From: Pirellula staleyi DSM 6068
Lineage (GTDB): Bacteria; Planctomycetota; Planctomycetia; Pirellulales; Pirellulaceae
Assembly (NCBI GenBank): GCA_000025185.1
Contig: CP001848.1
Location: 2,490,001-2,522,000 of the forward strand
Direction of reading: 5' to 3'
DNA length: 32,000 nucleotides
Shown: positions 7,917-18,300 of the stretch, one piece after another
Layout of the letters: every line of letters begins with the position of its first letter
Position numbering within the stretch: position 1 is the first letter of the stretch
Notes under the pieces: generated by a model
The model's database searches: none
Told to the model about the DNA's origin: nothing
The model's input: the letters and a program-made list of their open reading frames with translations, nothing else
Position numbers and translations under genes: made by a program

Positions 7917-8453
7917 TCAGTTGCCGCCCGCGCTGCCAGAATTGCCCGAAGATAAGGCTGCGGAAGAGTTTGCGGCCTGTTTTCGGGTCCACTGGTCGCC
8001 GAACTGGATGATCAACACGGCGGAGATCAGCATGACGGCACCGATGATGCGAGGGATCGAGATCGGGATGGTTTTGGCCCCGATGAGCCCAAAATGATCG
8101 ATCGTGATCGAGCCAATCAGCTGACCGGCGACGATCGAGCAGATCATCACCGAGGTTCCGAGGCGGGGAGCCAGAACGATGTTCGAGGTTACGAAAATTG
8201 CCCCGAGCAAACCACCCGCCCAAATCCAAATCGGAAATCCGGCCATCTGTTTGACGTCGGGAGCCGACGCTTTGCTCCCCGCAATCAGCATGGCGCAAAC
8301 GGCGAGCATCACAGCAGTTCCGACGATAAACGACATCAGCCCCGCCATCGCTGGATGGTTGAGTTCTTTCCCCAAGCTGGCGTTCACGCGGACTTGCAGC
8401 GGAATCAACAGCCCAGCAACGAGCGCCGACACGATCAAGAGCCACTGCGACAT
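7917..8453 (-). CDS. DMT-superfamily small transporter (DUF606 / YdcZ-like)
   Basis: 178-aa polytopic hydrophobic ORF. N-terminus MSQWLLIVSALVAGLLIPLQVRVNASLGKELNHPAMAGLMSFIVGT matches the YdcZ-family pattern (..aG....Q..vN..L......p..a.l.sF.vG.). The second half repeats the motif (TSNIVLAPRLGTSVMICSIVAGQL). Confidence 0.7.
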   Translation of the reverse strand: MSQWLLIVSALVAGLLIPLQVRVNASLGKELNHPAMAGLMSFIVGTAVMLAVCAMLIAGSKASAPDVKQMAGFPIWIWAGGLLGAIFVTSNIVLAPRLGTSVMICSIVAGQLIGSITIDHFGLIGAKTIPISIPRIIGAVMLISAVLIIQFGDQWTRKQAANSSAALSSGNSGSAGGN

Positions 8454-8723
8454 AAACGTATTTCCGGGGGAGATGCACGAAGGGGCGTTCTCTTTACAGC
8501 GCTCCGCTAGTGAACCACACTAGAGGGCTACCATCGAATCCGCTTCAGTGCGCGGAGTTGATGCCCGCCGATTCTGTCGCCAAACCTGGGCGGCAACAAG
8601 TTCCCACCCACTAGTCGCCTGCTTGAGCCGAACAGCTTTCCCTTTCCTGATGGGAATGTGACGCGCTTGGTCGTCGCCGTTTTTTGTTCCGATTGCACAC
8701 CTCTGCCCATGCAAAATTTCGCC

Positions 8724-11700
8724 ATGAATTCACGTAACTTGCTTCGCACGGCGATCGCTCTGGTCGCGCTCCTGCTTCCGATGCTCTCGCACGCCGAAGA
8801 GCCCGCCAAGAGTGTGAAACCGATTCGCGCTCTACTCATCACCGGCGGCTGCTGCCACGACTACACCCAGCAGAAGAAAATTCTGCCAGCAGGCATTTCC
8901 GAGCGCGCGTTGGTCGACTGGACCATCGTGCATCAAGGTGGGTCGACCACCGACACGCAGATCCCGTTCTACGAAAATGAGAAGTGGTACGAAGGTTTCG
9001 ACGTCGTGGTGCACAACGAGTGCTTTGCCGGTGTCACCGATCCCTCGTGGACCGCGCGCATTCTGAAAGCCCATCGCGAAGGGGTGCCGGCGGTGGTGGT
9101 CCACTGCGCTATGCACTGCTATCGCGACAAAACCGACGCCTGGTTCGAATTCCTCGGTGTCACCTCGCATGGTCACGGCGCGAACTATCCCTTCGACGTC
9201 ATCAACCTCGAGCCTAAGCATCCTGTGATGGAAGGTTTTGGCGACAAATGGTCGACACCCAAGGGAGAGCTCTACATCATCAAGAAGCTCTGGCCGACGG
9301 CGAAGCCACTCGCGCATGCCCTCAGCCGCGATACCAAGAACAACGAAACGGTGATCTGGACCAACGACTATCACGGCACACGTGTGTTCGGCACCACGAT
9401 TGGCCACCATAACGAAGAGCACAGCGACCCAGTCTTTCTGAACTACATGACGCGTGGCTTGCTCTGGGCTTGCGACAAACTCAGCCCCGAATATCTGGTT
9501 CCGTCGAAAGAGCCCAAGTTCGATCATGTGCCTGATCCCACCGCCAAGACCCCCAAAGGCCCGATGGGAACGCCAACACCGGCCAAAGGTGGTGCTACGA
9601 AGGAAGTGATGATTCCCAAGAACTTGGCTGCAGGGAAAACAGCGACCGCTTCCTCGCATCAGCAAGATAATTCGGTGAATCATCTCCCCGCGAAGGCGCT
9701 GGACGGCGATCTCTCCACACGCTGGTGTGCCGATGGCGCTTCGGTCCCGCAGTGGCTAATGGTCGACCTCGGCGAACCGCAAGAGGTGAACGGCTGCAGC
9801 ATCACGTGGGAAATGAACGAGCGTGCTTATGAGTACATCGTAGAAGCTTCGACCGATGGCAAAACGTGGGAAAAAGTGGTCGACGCCACTTCGAAAGATC
9901 CCAAGCCACAAGATTGCGAGCACAAATTCAATCGCCCCAACACTCGCTATCTGCGGGTCACCATCTCCGGCTCATCGCCCGGCGCTTGGTGCAGCTTGTA
10001 CGAGTTTCAGGTCCACAGCAAAGAGCTGGTGAAGACCACCATCAGCGCGAGCACACAGCCGCGCTCGATTGTTACCGGCGGCAAGAATCTGCTCGCTGGC
10101 ATCAAGGCTCCCGATGGCTTTCAAGTCACGCTGTTTGCTGCTCCTCCCGACGTCGGTTATCCCACCTGTCTTGCAGCATCGGCGAGTGGTGATGTCTATG
10201 TCGGTGTCGACGAAAATGGCTCGCTCGATGCCAAGCCGAATCGTGGGCGGGTCATCAAGTGTGTCGATAGCAACCAAGATGGCGTGGCCGACAAATTCAC
10301 CAGCTTCGCCTCGATGGATAGCCCGCGCGGCGTGGTTGTTGATGGAACCAAAGTCTATGTGCTCCATCCTCCGGCGATCACGGTCTACGAAGACACCAAT
10401 AGTGACGGCGTCAGTGATCGCGAAGAGCGACTCGTTGATGGCCTCGGCTTCGATCTGAAGTTCCGCGGCGCTGATCACACCACCAATGGAATGCGACTTG
10501 GCATCGATGGCTGGCTCTACATTGCGGTCGGGGACTACGGCTTCCTCAATGCAAAAGGGAAGGATGGAACCGAACTGCAGTTGCATGGTGGCGGTGTAGC
10601 GCGTGTCCGGACTGATGGAAGCGGTCTCGAGATGGTTTCGTACGGCCAGCGCAACATCTACGACGTCGCAGTCGATCCGCTGCTGAACTGTTTCACCCGC
10701 GATAACACCAACGATGGTGGCGGCTGGAATGTTCGACTCAGCCACGTCGTTCCCACAGCCCGTTATGGCTATCCCTCGCTCTACATCAATTTTCCCGATG
10801 AAATTGTTCAGCCGCTGGCCGACTACGGAGGTGGCAGCCCTTGCGGTTCGCTCTTTGTCCACGACGATCGATTGCCTGCACCTTTTGCGAGTGCTCTATA
10901 CACCTGCGACTGGGGGCGAAGTGTTGTTTATCGCCATCCACTCAAGCACGACGGTAGTTCGTACATCGCCGAGCAAGAGCCGTTTGTCGAGCTTCCTCGT
11001 CCCACCGACATGGATATCGATGGTCAAGGCAATATCTACATCAGCAGCTGGCGCGATGGCGGTTTCACTTACAGCAATCCGAACGTCGGTTACGTCGTGG
11101 CGATTCGTCCCGAAGGGATCGAACTTGCTAAGGTAAAAGCGGCACGAGATCAATCGACTGAGGAACTGGTGAAGCAGCTTGCATCGGGCTCGCATGTCTA
11201 TCGTCTCGAAGCCTCGCGCGAACTCGTTCGTCGCGCAGAAAACACTGCAGATCTTCGGGAAAAACTCGCTGCTCTCGCCTCCAGCAGCGCGGCGCTCGAA
11301 GTTCGTGTCGCAGCGATTAGCACACTCGCTCAGGTGGGTAAAAGTGAGGCGATTCCTGCCCTCGTGAAGCTGGCCGATGACAAATCAGTGCGCGAGTACG
11401 CGATTCGTTTTCTCGCCGATCATCCCGAGCTCGCCAAAGCTGCTCCTGCCGATCTCTTCACGAAAGCTGCCGGCGATACCGATCCACGCGTTCGCCTCGC
11501 TGCAGCGATTGCGATTGCTCGCCGTGGCGAAGTCGGACTAGCCACCGCACTGGCGCCGCAGCTGGCCGATAGCGACAAGATTGTGCAGCATGTGGCGATT
11601 CGAAGTCTCGTGAAACTCGCAGCTCGCGAAGTTGCCCTGAGCGCGCTGCTCAAGGGAACCGATTCACACACAGCCGCCGCTGGTCGTGTGCTGCAAGAGT

Positions 11701-13097
11701 TGCACGACGAGTCGCTCGTCGACACGCTAATCACCACGCTTGGTGCCGCTGATCTATCTCCGGCACGTCGCGCAGTCGTGATTCGCACCGTCGCTCGCCT
11801 GGGACTTCAGGAAGCTCCTTGGGATGGTAAGTGGTGGGGAACTCGTCCCGACACTTCGGGGCCCTATTACAAGACGGCGCCTTGGACGAAGACCGAGGCC
11901 GTCATCGCCGCCCTGACCGACCTGGCCGCCAAGAGCGACGCGTCGACCTCGCGCCTTGTCCTCGCCGAGATGTCGCGGCACAAACTTCAAGCCACTTCGC
12001 AGGCCGCATTGGCGGTGAAACTGGCCCAGGATGATCCGGCGTTTCTCGCCACCGCTGCCGAGATCATCACTGCAGCGAGCGACCTCCCCGACGGTGCCTC
12101 GCGACTGCTCGTCGATGTGGTGCGGGATGCCAAACTGGCTCAGCCGCTCCGCGCAAAAGCTCTGAAAAAACTGACCGGTTCGAGCGATCTGCAAGCCACG
12201 ATCGATGCCCTCGATGCGGTTGGCTCAGTGAGTCAGATTCAAGATCCTCTCGTGCAAACTCGCCTCGAATTTGCTCGTAGTGACAAGATGCGAGCTTCGC
12301 TTCACGATGCCCTCGCCCTCGCTGCTGCCGATCAACCAGCACGCAAGCAACTCGGCTATTTAACGCTGCTGGCGATCGAAGCGGATGGCAAAGCGAGCCC
12401 CGAAGATCGTGCGAAAGCCCGTGAGGCGATCACTGCCGCATGGACCAAAGAAGCTGCTGCTGAAGCAGCCCTTGTTGCGATTGGACAAAGCAAAAACGAG
12501 CAGTATGTGCTCGCCGTGACGTCGCAGCTGAAGAGCCCCAGCGAAACGGTTCGCAAAGCCGCCACGCTCGCAGCCGATCAACTTGCTATCGACCTCAACC
12601 CGGTCGGTGATGGTGCCAATCGTGTGACGCTTGCGGGTCAAGAAGTCGAAAAAGTGATTACGCAAGTTTCGGCGAAATCGGGCGATGCGAAACTCGGCAT
12701 GCGACTCTTTGCACGTCAAAGCTGCGTGCAGTGCCACACCGTCTCACCGACCGAAACCCCACGTGGACCATTCCTCGGCGGCATTACCCAGCGCTACAAA
12801 AAACATGAGTTGATCGAAAGCATCGTCAAGCCGAGCGCCAAGATTGCTCAAGGTTTCGAGACGCAGATCTTCGTGACCGTCGATGGCCTCGTAATCGAAG
12901 GTTTCGTCACTCGCGAAGCAGGTGATGAAGTCGAGATCCGCAATGCCAAGGGTGAGCAGATCATCCTCAAGCAGGAAGAGATCGAGCAGCGTAAGAAGGG
13001 GGAAGTCTCCGTGATGCCAGCCGGTCTCGTCGACAAGCTCACTGCCGACGAACTCGCTGCGATTCTTGCCTTCCTTGAAACATTACCTGGTAAATAA
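8724..13097 (+). CDS. Secreted ThuA-like / F5-8 type C (discoidin) / PVC-type membrane-bound-dehydrogenase beta-propeller / HEAT-repeat / cytochrome c (CxxCH) fusion protein
   Basis: The ORF is open from GTG 8658. The signal peptide MNSRNLLRTAIALVALLLPMLSHAEE starts at ATG 8724 (alternative ATG at 8709). ThuA motifs: IRALLITGGCCHDY, VVHCAMHCY, TRGLLWACD. Discoidin motifs: ALDGDLSTRWCA, QWLMVDLG. Propeller motifs: FQVTLFAAPPDVGYPTCLAASASGDVYVGVDENG, YGQRNIYDVAVDP. HEAT-like motifs: DPRVRLAAAIAIARRG, IVQHVAIRSL. Heme site CVQCH at 12723..12737, with a downstream SVMPAG. Confidence 0.85.
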   Translation: MNSRNLLRTAIALVALLLPMLSHAEEPAKSVKPIRALLITGGCCHDYTQQKKILPAGISERALVDWTIVHQGGSTTDTQIPFYENEKWYEGFDVVVHNECFAGVTDPSWTARILKAHREGVPAVVVHCAMHCYRDKTDAWFEFLGVTSHGHGANYPFDVINLEPKHPVMEGFGDKWSTPKGELYIIKKLWPTAKPLAHALSRDTKNNETVIWTNDYHGTRVFGTTIGHHNEEHSDPVFLNYMTRGLLWACDKLSPEYLVPSKEPKFDHVPDPTAKTPKGPMGTPTPAKGGATKEVMIPKNLAAGKTATASSHQQDNSVNHLPAKALDGDLSTRWCADGASVPQWLMVDLGEPQEVNGCSITWEMNERAYEYIVEASTDGKTWEKVVDATSKDPKPQDCEHKFNRPNTRYLRVTISGSSPGAWCSLYEFQVHSKELVKTTISASTQPRSIVTGGKNLLAGIKAPDGFQVTLFAAPPDVGYPTCLAASASGDVYVGVDENGSLDAKPNRGRVIKCVDSNQDGVADKFTSFASMDSPRGVVVDGTKVYVLHPPAITVYEDTNSDGVSDREERLVDGLGFDLKFRGADHTTNGMRLGIDGWLYIAVGDYGFLNAKGKDGTELQLHGGGVARVRTDGSGLEMVSYGQRNIYDVAVDPLLNCFTRDNTNDGGGWNVRLSHVVPTARYGYPSLYINFPDEIVQPLADYGGGSPCGSLFVHDDRLPAPFASALYTCDWGRSVVYRHPLKHDGSSYIAEQEPFVELPRPTDMDIDGQGNIYISSWRDGGFTYSNPNVGYVVAIRPEGIELAKVKAARDQSTEELVKQLASGSHVYRLEASRELVRRAENTADLREKLAALASSSAALEVRVAAISTLAQVGKSEAIPALVKLADDKSVREYAIRFLADHPELAKAAPADLFTKAAGDTDPRVRLAAAIAIARRGEVGLATALAPQLADSDKIVQHVAIRSLVKLAAREVALSALLKGTDSHTAAAGRVLQELHDESLVDTLITTLGAADLSPARRAVVIRTVARLGLQEAPWDGKWWGTRPDTSGPYYKTAPWTKTEAVIAALTDLAAKSDASTSRLVLAEMSRHKLQATSQAALAVKLAQDDPAFLATAAEIITAASDLPDGASRLLVDVVRDAKLAQPLRAKALKKLTGSSDLQATIDALDAVGSVSQIQDPLVQTRLEFARSDKMRASLHDALALAAADQPARKQLGYLTLLAIEADGKASPEDRAKAREAITAAWTKEAAAEAALVAIGQSKNEQYVLAVTSQLKSPSETVRKAATLAADQLAIDLNPVGDGANRVTLAGQEVEKVITQVSAKSGDAKLGMRLFARQSCVQCHTVSPTETPRGPFLGGITQRYKKHELIESIVKPSAKIAQGFETQIFVTVDGLVIEGFVTREAGDEVEIRNAKGEQIILKQEEIEQRKKGEVSVMPAGLVDKLTADELAAILAFLETLPGK

Positions 13098-13129
13098 CGC
13101 GAGGCTCTGTAACTCGTTCATGTTCCATG

Positions 13130-13161
13130 TCGGCCAAGAGTTCTCCGTAGCTCTTGGCCGA
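13130..13161. terminator. Hairpin between convergent genes (candidate intrinsic terminator)
   Basis: Perfect 11-bp stem: tcggccaagag (13130-13140) pairs with ctcttggccga (13151-13161), with a 10-nt loop. It sits between the stop of 8724..13097 (+) and the stop of 13209..13634 (-). Downstream is moderately T-rich (atatcgttgtcttg) but there is no clean U-tract. Confidence 0.45.
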
Positions 13162-13208
13162 TATCGTTGTCTTGCGGAAATCTGCCGCCTTACCTTGGTG
13201 TTAATCGA

Positions 13209-13634
13209 CTACTTGGCAGGTGCCATGTAGTCGAACACCACGACCTTCTCGCGACGATCCTTCACCACCTTCACGTATTCGTCGTGTGCTGGATGGGTCA
13301 GGTACTTGGCTCGCCCCGCTTCATCGCGAAACGTGACGACAAACGCATAGGTCAGTCCATCGCTCTTCCCTTCGGGGCTGTTGTTGGGGCCATGTTCGAA
13401 GTCGATGATCGTGTCGATCTTGCTCGGCAATGCCGAGAAGGCATCAATCACTTCTTGCAGTTGTGCAGGTGTCACTTCTTCTTTGAATTTGTAGAGGACG
13501 ATGTGACGCAGCACTTTCTCTTCCTTCTCGGCGCGGGCGGAACCTGCCGTGGCGATCAACGCTCCTGCAGCGATCGATAGTGTCACAAGTAAAGCGAGCG
13601 AGCTGAATACCTGGCGTGAAAACAGCGAAGCCAT
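13209..13634 (-). CDS. Dabb (stress-responsive alpha/beta-barrel) domain protein with N-terminal signal peptide
   Basis: 141-aa ORF. Hydrophobic leader SSLALLVTLSIAAGALIATAGSARA. The Dabb core is LRHIVLYKFKEEVTPAQLQEVIDAFSALPSKIDTIIDFEHGPNNSPEGKSDGLTYAFVVTFRDEAGRAKYLTHPAHDEYVKVV. Confidence 0.8.
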   Translation of the reverse strand: MASLFSRQVFSSLALLVTLSIAAGALIATAGSARAEKEEKVLRHIVLYKFKEEVTPAQLQEVIDAFSALPSKIDTIIDFEHGPNNSPEGKSDGLTYAFVVTFRDEAGRAKYLTHPAHDEYVKVVKDRREKVVVFDYMAPAK

Positions 13635-13703
13635 GGTGAAGTCCTTCAGTGATAGAGTGAAAAATTGCTTGGGCGAGATTATCTAGTGACTTAAACCGGC
13701 GAC

Positions 13704-14276
13704 TCAAAACGTAAAACCTAGCGACCGAAGTATCGAGGTGACCTCGATCAACGGAAGTCCGACAATCGCCGTGTGATCGCGACTTTCGATCGCTGAAAAC
13801 AGCGTAATGCCGCGACACTCCAGCTTATACGATCCGGCGCAGTCGAGCGGCTGATCCGCTTCGAGATAGCGAGAGATTTCTCCCTCGGTAAGGGGCCGCA
13901 TTGTCAGCCGCGTGATATCGCAAAAGCCGAACAGTTCCCCGCGTGCGGCGATCGTCACGGCGGTGATCAGCTGATGCGTTCGCCCGGACATCAGTTGGAG
14001 TTGCTCCATCGCCCGCGCATGGGTTCCTGGTTTACCGAGGATCTTGCCGTCGATAGTCGCCACTTGATCACTTCCCAGGATCACCGCGTCTGGAAATTCG
14101 GCAGCTAGGCTGAGCGCTTTGGCGGTGGCCAGCGTGGTGGCAAGTTCGCGTGGCGCCAGTCCCACCGCGAGGTAGGATTCTTCATCACAAACGGGCGAAA
14201 CAGCCTCGAACGGGATACCGAGCCGTCCGAGCAATTCTTTGCGATACTTCGAAGTGCTCGCCAAAATCAGTTTCAT
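13704..14276 (-). CDS. maf: Maf-family nucleoside triphosphate pyrophosphatase (YceF-like)
   Basis: 190-aa ORF: MKLILASTSKYRKELLGRLGIPFEAVSPVCDEE ... VILGSDQV ... ILGKPGT ... DCAGSYKLE ... GLPL. These are classic Maf motifs. Confidence 0.85.
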   Translation of the reverse strand: MKLILASTSKYRKELLGRLGIPFEAVSPVCDEESYLAVGLAPRELATTLATAKALSLAAEFPDAVILGSDQVATIDGKILGKPGTHARAMEQLQLMSGRTHQLITAVTIAARGELFGFCDITRLTMRPLTEGEISRYLEADQPLDCAGSYKLECRGITLFSAIESRDHTAIVGLPLIEVTSILRSLGFTF

Positions 14277-14425
14277 CGCTACCTTCTACTACCGATCGCA
14301 CCCAGCGACAGTTTCCCAAGACTCGGGGAGCGAAATCGTCGCGCGACGACCTCGATAGATCGCTAGAATAAGGTCCCTTGCCAGCCGCCACCAGCGGCAA
14401 GCTTCCTCTCGCTTTGGTTCGAGTC

Positions 14426-15358
<933 letters not shown>

Positions 15359-15382
15359 ACTGTCTGAAAGGAGCCAGCCGGT

Positions 15383-18300
15383 CTAAAGTTTGCTGACGAT
15401 GGCCGCGAGATTCTTTTCGAGTCGCTGCACCGAAACCGGGATGCTGGTGCCGAGCTCTTGGGCGAACAGCGATACACGCAGCTCTTCGATGCTATAGCGA
15501 AACTCTTCGAGTGCTGCTGGCGCAGTTCCTTGTGCCCGCTCGCGCTCGACACGCTCACTCCACGACTTTTGGAGCTTTTCGACCCCGGCAAAGTTTTGCT
15601 TGTCGCGCGCTAGTCCCCCTGCGAGAAGTTTTCGCAAACGAGCCGAAATTCCCTGGAAATAGCGAGGAAACTGGAGCAGCCAGTTCCAAGGGGTTGCGGC
15701 GAGAAAGCCATCGGGGGTCAGCATCGCGAGCTGAGCTTTCACATCGGCCAAGGCGTAAGCAGCTGTCGATAATTTGAACTGTTCGATCCCTAGCCGCGCC
15801 TGATGGTAGGCCTCAAACAGGAGAGGCAAAAGTTTAGCAACATCTTGCGCTGCTGCTGGAAGATGCTTGGTCGCCATGCTGATATGCAGCTTGTACGTAT
15901 CGGCCGAGCGCGGCAAATCGGGATAGCCCATCGCGAGCGCGCGGCTCGCAATCAGCAGCTGAAGTTGATCGTCGAGAGGAAACTTGCTGCAGAGCGGCGC
16001 CGACCACATCCGCAGCTTCGCCAGTTGAGGCAGCCAGCTCACGTGGCCACGAATCTCGCGGTTCTGCTCGATCGCAAGGAAGCGGCGCATCCCGCCGCGC
16101 GAGAGGGCTTCGGCTTGCAGTGGTGTCTCAGCCAGTTGCAGTGAAACGGAGTCGCCGTCGTCGACAATTGCTGGATAACGTGCGAGTTTCACGCCACCTG
16201 CCGTGGTGACGACCTCGCTCGGCAGGTCGCCGAATGTCCACGACTTGAGCTTCGACTGGCTCCAGCGTCCCGACGTTGCAACAGGAGCAGCGGCAGCTGC
16301 AGCCGGTCCTGCGACAGCTTTCACTTCGGTCCACTCGCGCGACGCGGTGATCACCTTCCCTTCCGCATCTTTCACCCGCACGTTCATCGCCAAGTGAGGC
16401 GGTAGGCGAGTGAGATCGAACGAATCGGCTTCGATTCGATCTCCGGTATGCGATGCCAGCTTAGTGGCCAGCACTTGAAGCAGTCGACCTTCAGCGAAAC
16501 GAAGTGTGCTGGCGATCTCGCGCGCGACCTGGGGCGCGGGGATGATTTTTCGGCGAATATCCTTCGGAAGTGTCCGAATGAGCGCCTCGATCTTCTCGGC
16601 CAAGAGCCCCGGAACGAGCCATGCCAAACGCTCTGCCGAGAGGTGCGAAACCGCAGCGGCGGGAACTTCCACCGTCACTCCATCGGACTCGGTTCCGGGT
16701 TCGAAGTGATAGGCCAGCGGGAGCGATGCGCCGGGAACTTCGAGTTTGTCGGGATACTTGGTTTTCACATCCCGCTCGATCTCGTCGTCGAGCAGGTCGT
16801 TCATCGTCAGCTGAAGCGTTTTACGTTCGAGGTTGGTGGCTTTGTTCCACCAGCGCTCGAGCGAATTCATATCGATCACCTCGCGCGGCAATCTTTTCCC
16901 GTAAAAGTCGACCAGCTTTTGCGGATCGATCACGAGGTCGCGACGTCGTGTTTTGGCGGCGAGTCGAGCGATCTCTTCGAGCACTTTTTCGTTGTCGCGC
17001 ACCACCGCTGGCTTACGCGGCAGCAGACCTGCTGCGAGACCTTGCTCGATGAACAGTTCGCGCGCGGCACTCGGATCGATCGGCGCGAGTGGCACAGGTC
17101 GATCAGCGGCGAGCGTCAGACCAGCGAGGACGAGTCGCTCGCTCGCCATCGCCTGGCCCCGTTTCTCGCTCCAGCGATAGTCGCTGTAATGTTTGTTGAT
17201 GAGATGCAGGGCCAATTCTTCCAGCCACTCGGGCTGAATACGGGCGACGCTTCGCGCAAATTTTCGCGAGGTCTCGACTAGTTCGGCCGCAACGATCCAT
17301 GCGGGGCGTGAGTGCTGCACGCCACTACCGGGCCAGAGAAAGTATTTTTGACCGCCGCAGGCTTGATACTCCGACGTATCGGTGCGTCGCGCGATGCTCG
17401 TGAGCAAACCTGTGAGGAGTGCGCGATGTATCGCCAGGTAAGCCGGAGACTCGACCCGCGAGGCTTCGTTTTTCGAGCCCCGACCAGGTTGACGACCACG
17501 CTGCGGAGTGCGCCCCGTTGGCTGCTGCTGCAATTCCTCTTCGTGATCGTGGGGGGGCGGAATTTGCGGCGAAATTCGTTTGCCCACCTGCAGGCCTTGC
17601 TCGGTTGCCATCTCGAGTAGTTGGCGATGCACATCCTGCCATTCGCGCACACGTGGCTCGGAGAGGAAATTTCGCTGCATCGCCATTCGCAGCTGACCGC
17701 GCGAGAGTTTCTCTTTGAGACCGTGTAGAAAATCCCACAGATGGAGCCAGCTTAAAAAGTCGCTGTCGGGGTCGCTCCACTGCGCATGAGCGGCGCTCGC
17801 TTCCTGCGCTTTATCGCTGGGCCTGTCACGTGGATCTTGCACCTCGAGCGCTGCTGCGATGATCAGCACATCGGCCAGCGCATGTTCGGCGCTGGCCGCG
17901 AGCAGCATTCGCGCGATCGAGGGATCGACCGGCAGCCGCGCGAGTTTGAGACCCAGCGGAGTGAGCTCGCGCTTGTCGTCGATCGCTTGCAGTTCAAAGA
18001 GAGTTTTGAATCCATCGCGGATCGCCTCGCTTCGCGGCACATCCAGCAGAGGAAACTCCTCGAGCGGACCGAGATCCAGCGCCAGGGACTGAAGCAGCAC
18101 AGCAGCCAGATTGGTCCGCTGAATTTCGGGCGAGGTGAAAGGATCGCGTGACTGAAAGTCTTCCTCGCCGAAGAGCCGAACGCAAATGCCTGGTGCGATG
18201 CGACCGCAACGTCCCGCGCGCTGATTGGCCGATGCTTGCGAGATGCGCTCGATCGGTAATCGCTGGACTTTACTGCGCGGTGAATAGCGGCTGATGCGGG

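Noticed and set aside
8832-10862. Minus-strand ORFs of 283 aa (8832..9683) and 296 aa (9972..10862)
   Set aside because: Both are antisense shadows of the ThuA/propeller fusion gene and have no recognisable motifs.
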